Source: Ramazzottius varieornatus (taxonomy: Eukaryota; Animalia; Tardigrada). From it: a stretch of 64,000 nt of DNA. The translations under genes and the position numbers were made by a program. A model generated the notes under the pieces. That model did no database searches and was not told the origin of the DNA. It worked only from the letters and a program-made list of their open reading frames with translations. Location: positions 1,169,005-1,233,004 of the forward strand of contig BDGG01000011.1 in NCBI GenBank assembly GCA_001949185.1, given 5' to 3'. Positions 62,989-64,000 of this stretch are shown piece after piece. Every line of letters begins with the position of its first letter. Within the stretch, counting starts at the first letter, position 1.

Positions 62989-63461
62989 ATGGAAGCTCAG
63001 CGAGAACTGGAGACAGCTTTCGGAAATCAAGGGTACGTTTTTGTCGATTTCCAAATGGGATTTCTATATGGCATTCTAACATCAAGCTCTGCAATTACAG
63101 ATTGACTCTTCCTCCAAAATTACTGCTTTTCATGGAGAAGGCTTCGCACGGTCTCGAGGGAAGGGAAGCACGATTCGCCATTTACAGAGCCCTCTGCAGT
63201 CAGATTTTCGTAAGTCGGATTGATGTGTTTTGTCGTTTTCTGTTTGTCTGCAATGTGAACGAAGGTTTGACTGTTGTCGGTGATTGCTTTCAGGACGTTG
63301 AGCAATCCATGGCGCGAGCTGGACCAAAGTCTGTTCTGATGTATCCTCCTGCCCTGCTGGAATACATACGGAAAATTCACGGCGGGGAAGTGGCTGGTGG
63401 TTCGGGAAGAGGAAAGATGATTGTCACGCTAGAAACTATTGCTCTGATGAAATGGTGTTGA
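62989..63461 (+). CDS. Small spliced ORF of unknown function, possibly a transposon passenger. Exons ~62989-63032, 63101-63209, ~63294-63461
   Basis: Phase-consistent GT-AG introns give MEAQRELETAFGNQG-LTLPPKLLLF..EARFAIYRALCSQIF-DVEQ..YPPALLEYIRKIHGG..; the true start may be further upstream. Confidence 0.5.
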
Positions 63462-63742
63462 TTATTGAATGAGTTACTTGAATTTGATCAGTTGGTTTGT
63501 TGTTGATGTTACAGTCTGGTGCAAAATGGAGTAGCTTTTTTGATTGATTAGCCATCAGTGAGCTCTGAAACTCCTTCATGGAAACAACGTGTCAGCACAA
63601 TAAAACAATCAAAATTAGTCAAGTGCATCGAATAAACTGACGGAAGTGTTGCGCTTTTCATAGATATTTATGAAATTAATTACTTCAAAGAGCGTTTCTT
63701 GTACGCCTCGTGCTTTTCTTCTTGGTTTGCGAGTTTCAAGGT

Positions 63743-64000
63743 ATGGACGTTGAGGAGGAGGAATCTGAGACGGCAAGCTGTGCATCGGAAGTACCGGAGA
63801 ACGATGATGAAGTTCTGGCTGAACCTGACGTAGTGGAAACTGGGGAAGATCAGCCGGACACAGAAAGCGATGACGACGACGTGCTCTACCAGATCAACGA
63901 TATCGGTCCTTACTTCAGCAAGAATGGCGCTGTCCAATGGTCGCGCTTTCCGCTTGACACTGGGAAGACTCGTAGCGTCAACAAGATGACAGGGAAGGCG
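63743..64000 (+). CDS. piggyBac-like transposase N-terminus (runs off the window)
   Basis: Open frame MDVEEEESE..acidic..YFSKNGAVQWSRFPLDTGKTRSVNKMTGKA fits the acidic N-terminus plus SK(N/D)G..W..P..G(R/K)..N pattern of piggyBac transposases; catalytic domain not visible. Confidence 0.6.
   Translation, partial: MDVEEEESETASCASEVPENDDEVLAEPDVVETGEDQPDTESDDDDVLYQINDIGPYFSKNGAVQWSRFPLDTGKTRSVNKMTGKA

Overview
Compact-genome invertebrate animal DNA with many short GT-AG introns; no prokaryotic features or CRISPR array. Gene models were built by hand and checked for splice phase. In order: the 3' part of a modular Cys-rich gene (73-2471,+); a Ly6/three-finger GPI-type gene whose 4.2-kb intron holds transposon debris (8778-3452,-); a transposon-rich stretch with many MITEs, an intron-containing pogo-type element and a decayed OB-fold gene (about 9-17.5 kb); a ~2,200-codon, 9-exon disordered/charged-helix coding unit (18102-27219,+) directly upstream of, and splice-compatible with, a FHOD-family formin (28887-35975,+); two more Ly6 genes; a tandem-CHHC zinc-finger gene; a Delta-type Notch ligand (47451-53195,+); a convergent trypsin-like protease; tRNA-Ala(UGC); a Helitron helicase remnant; and the start of a piggyBac-like element at the window end. 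Most notable: (1) a probable ~3,360-aa giant FHOD isoform whose N-terminus is built from repeated short motifs (P[IL]SFL, acidic-Trp, DIWADRPSTPPPR, SPDKSIKPPY); (2) a candidate 6-nt microexon in the FH2 region; (3) an intronic palindromic repeat family with conserved arms, a 25-nt spacer of fixed length but variable sequence, and a 72-bp tandem period.
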